From the IMG/VR virus record IMGVR_UViG_3300027973_000046, positions 1 to 64,000 of that record: a stretch of 64,000 bases of DNA. One strand, written 5' to 3'. Source of the stretch: an uncultured virus (IMG/VR IMGVR_UViG_3300027973_000046) (Duplodnaviria > Heunggongvirae > Uroviricota > Caudoviricetes). The position numbers were made by a program, and so were the translations under genes. Numbering within the stretch: position 1 is the stretch's first letter; every line of letters begins with the position of its first letter. The notes beneath the pieces are model-generated. The model was not told where the DNA came from. It saw only the letters and a program-made list of their open reading frames with translations, and did not search any database. Below, in pieces: positions 61,570 to 64,000 of the stretch.

Positions 61570-62280
61570 TTATTTACTAATATCACGAACATTTAGTATT
61601 ATTTTTTTGGCCTGGTGGGACCCAAGAGAATTTCCCTTATGATCAACAGCATTTTTATATAGGCCAGCCCAATCCCCATCTTTTTGTCTTCTAGTAACAT
61701 ACTCGGTATATTCTGGATCGTTCTGTACTTCATCTAGGGGCAAATCCAATCCGTTGCTTATTATGGCAGTAGAGTGATTTATTTGTGCTAGATCTATTGG
61801 TAATACTGAAACTACTGGGGTGCCCGCTTTTATTGTTATTGGAACATCTTTTTTTGAAATTTTCCACGCTGGGCTTAGCTGACCTTTTAAAAACGAAGCA
61901 TTTAATAAAACTTCTAAAACGTGAACCCCGTCTATAAACTGGTTTGGAACTCTTTTTACCCACAAGGTTAAATTCTCATCTGTTTTAAACATCAGCCCAG
62001 TGTTAAATGTAATTATATCATTTCTGCTATCAATGTATAGGTACTCTTCTCCAGAAATTACTTCTATATATTTTTGCTGTGGTTTTGGATTTGAGTTGCA
62101 AATAAAAGTTATATCTTTTGGAAAAGATATTCCCCATCCAAGATTATTTACTAGGCCAAGCGGAAAACATCTGTATGCGTGTTTTTCTGGCGTCTCGTCC
62201 ATCCAGTCTCTTTTAGTTTCCAATGTAGTTAAATTTCCTAGGCTATCTGAAAGCCTATATACATTAAATTCAATTGGCAT
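61570..62280 (-). CDS. DUF6065-like protein
   Basis: RDWMD..HAYRCFPLGLVNNLGWG, PNQF, YKNAVDHKGNSLGSH. Confidence 0.7.
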   Translation of the reverse strand: MPIEFNVYRLSDSLGNLTTLETKRDWMDETPEKHAYRCFPLGLVNNLGWGISFPKDITFICNSNPKPQQKYIEVISGEEYLYIDSRNDIITFNTGLMFKTDENLTLWVKRVPNQFIDGVHVLEVLLNASFLKGQLSPAWKISKKDVPITIKAGTPVVSVLPIDLAQINHSTAIISNGLDLPLDEVQNDPEYTEYVTRRQKDGDWAGLYKNAVDHKGNSLGSHQAKKIILNVRDISK

Positions 62281-62980
62281 CTGTACCGCCCTTTAATCTT
62301 ATTGATTTTAGTTGATGCTCTCCTATTTTGTTTCCAAGATTATCAACGGCGTCTCTGTAAAAATTTGACCATTCCCCAGACTGATTAATTTCTTCAAGCG
62401 CTATTGAATATGCTGGAGTAAGGAATTCTGTTTTTGGTACTTCATGAATATCTCGCAATTCCATTTCTGAATTTTGTAATTCCATTAAATTCATTGGTAT
62501 GACTGATATTATTGGGGTATTGGCTTTTATTGTTATTTCTACATTTGGCCTTGTAATTCTCCAAGCACAGGGAAGGTCTCCCCTAAAAAACGATGTTGAA
62601 ACAAGCGTTGTAAATGGAACAACACCATCAATAAATTGATTTGGCACTGGCATTGAAAGCAAAGTTTCTTCTGGGTCTGTGATAAACATTACTCCAGTAC
62701 GAAAGCTTACAGTAGCATTTGCACGATCTGGATAGGCGTATTTTTCACCTTTAAGAATTTTTACATGCTCTCCAGATGTATCAGAAATTCCGTCCCATAT
62801 AAAAGTTATGTCTTCTGGGAAAGATATACCCCAGCCAAGCTGATTAGTTAAGCTGACAGGAAAGCATTTATATGCATGGGCCTTCCAAGTATCATCCATC
62901 CAGTCTCTTTTAACAGACAATGGAGATACGTTTGCAAGACCATCTCTAGTTTTGTATACCTTTATGTTTTTCACGTTCAA
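62270..62980 (-). CDS. DUF6065-like protein
   Basis: RDWMD..HAYKCFPVSLTNQLGWG, PVPNQF, YRDAVDNLGNKIGEH. Confidence 0.7.
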   Translation of the reverse strand: MNVKNIKVYKTRDGLANVSPLSVKRDWMDDTWKAHAYKCFPVSLTNQLGWGISFPEDITFIWDGISDTSGEHVKILKGEKYAYPDRANATVSFRTGVMFITDPEETLLSMPVPNQFIDGVVPFTTLVSTSFFRGDLPCAWRITRPNVEITIKANTPIISVIPMNLMELQNSEMELRDIHEVPKTEFLTPAYSIALEEINQSGEWSNFYRDAVDNLGNKIGEHQLKSIRLKGGTDAN

Positions 62981-63635
62981 CCCTTTCGGCTCTCATTTGC
63001 ATAAACTCTTGGTTGTGTGCGTGATCATTATAATCAAGCATTGTTACAATTGAATATTTTCTACCAGAAGTTACTGGTGCGGCTAAGTGAGAGAAGAGAT
63101 AGGTTGATGGGAATATGTATAGGTCTCCAGCCTGTGGCTTAATGCTTAAGTTTAATTTTGGAAAAACAAGTTCTCCGCCTTCATACTCATCGTTTGGGTA
63201 AGCAACTAAGGAAACTGTGGCGCTGTAAGAAAATCCATGGTCTGCATGCTCTTGAAAATGTTGTCCTGGACCATACTGAATAAAGTTCATTACTTCCCAG
63301 TAATTCATTCTAACGTTATATGCAGCACAATAATCTTCAACCGCTGGTATCTGTGCATTGTAAGAGTCTTGCCAAATTGTAGCAAGTGTGGCTTGATCAT
63401 CGTTTATTGGATTAGTAATTTCTCCAATTTTAAAATCTCTGCAGTCTCTATAGCTTGGCTTCTTTTCCATGTATCCTACTGTGGCGTCCTGCCATGACAA
63501 GCCACTTGAATTATTTTCTAGCAAGACACTTACTCTGTTCATGATGTCAAGCTCTGGGGTAAATACGTTGCGGTATACCCACATGCCTGGAAATAGCATT
63601 TCTTTTGATGACCAATTTTGACTAATGTTACTCAT
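62946..63635 (-). CDS. 2OG-Fe(II) oxygenase (P4H-like)
   Basis: EHAD, YPNDEYEGGEL, FPS..SH, GRKYS. Confidence 0.9.
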   Translation of the reverse strand: MSNISQNWSSKEMLFPGMWVYRNVFTPELDIMNRVSVLLENNSSGLSWQDATVGYMEKKPSYRDCRDFKIGEITNPINDDQATLATIWQDSYNAQIPAVEDYCAAYNVRMNYWEVMNFIQYGPGQHFQEHADHGFSYSATVSLVAYPNDEYEGGELVFPKLNLSIKPQAGDLYIFPSTYLFSHLAAPVTSGRKYSIVTMLDYNDHAHNQEFMQMRAERVEREKHKGIQN

Positions 63636-64000
63636 TTATTCTCCTAGTTTAGTATAGTTTAACATATCATCAGGTAGTATGTCAATAATTAAATGGGTTC
63701 TGTCTTCACTGCTTTTATTGCTAACGGCATGCGGTAGCATATTATTTATTTCGTAGATACCAAACTCTTCCATATGAATGGTATTATTAAAGACCGTAAA
63801 GGTAACGTCTTTATTAGTAATGATTGGGATGTGGACTCTCCTAGAAAAATTTAATAGGGGGCCTGCATCAACATGCTTATGAACTTCTGAATTTGCGTGT
63901 AGCTTAATTATCTCACATCTAATTACTTTTCCGCAATAGTGTTCTTCCAGATAATTAAAAAGTTTATCTAATTCTTCTTGGGCTTCTTTTGTTTTTAGAG
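63636..64000 (-). CDS. Aspartyl/asparaginyl beta-hydroxylase-like 2OG oxygenase (5'-partial)
   Basis: Not in the ORF track. Hand translation ..IIKLHANSEVHKHVDAG..RRVHIPIITN..YEINNMLPHAVSN..DRTHLIIDI..*. Confidence 0.85.
   Translation of the reverse strand, partial: LKTKEAQEELDKLFNYLEEHYCGKVIRCEIIKLHANSEVHKHVDAGPLLNFSRRVHIPIITNKDVTFTVFNNTIHMEEFGIYEINNMLPHAVSNKSSEDRTHLIIDILPDDMLNYTKLGE

Noticed and set aside
1..64000. Alternative genetic code, integrase/att site, DGR or retron reverse transcriptase
   Set aside because: Long ORFs are intact in the standard code with TAA, TAG and TGA all used as stops; no integrase or RT motifs were recognised in this window.

Overview
This is a 64-kb segment of a large, AT-rich tailed dsDNA phage of siphovirus type. 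GC looks roughly 35-40% by eye and was not computed. Essentially every real gene is on the minus strand, and the plus-strand ORFs look like shadows. In transcription order (right to left) the window holds: (1) a tandem array of 2OG-Fe(II) oxygenases and DUF6065-like genes; (2) a collagen/S74 fibre and a LamG protein; (3) portal, protease-scaffold, major capsid, neck and major tail genes, and a tail chaperone with a -1 frameshift; (4) a 3680-aa tape-measure protein and tail-tip genes; (5) a replication/recombination block (phosphoesterase, DnaB, primase, SSB, DnaE, MazG, RecA, resolvases, Cas4-like nuclease); (6) terminase; (7) an accessory block with SGNH-like genes, a carbamoyltransferase, three tRNAs, AhpC/AhpD, a CHAP lysin, a thermonuclease, a luciferase-like monooxygenase and an APS-kinase/nucleotidyltransferase fusion. 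Gene order, mycobacterial-type AhpC/AhpD and many apparently leaderless promoters suggest an actinobacterial host, possibly a low-GC freshwater one (inference). The standout is the tape-measure protein, which looks polyvalent. Between repeated 'GG...GE' linkers it carries a HipA/PI3K-like kinase, an OmpA-type peptidoglycan-binding domain, one or two ADP-ribosyltransferase-like domains and a possible His-Me nuclease. All family calls come from reading motifs by eye; no database search was run.
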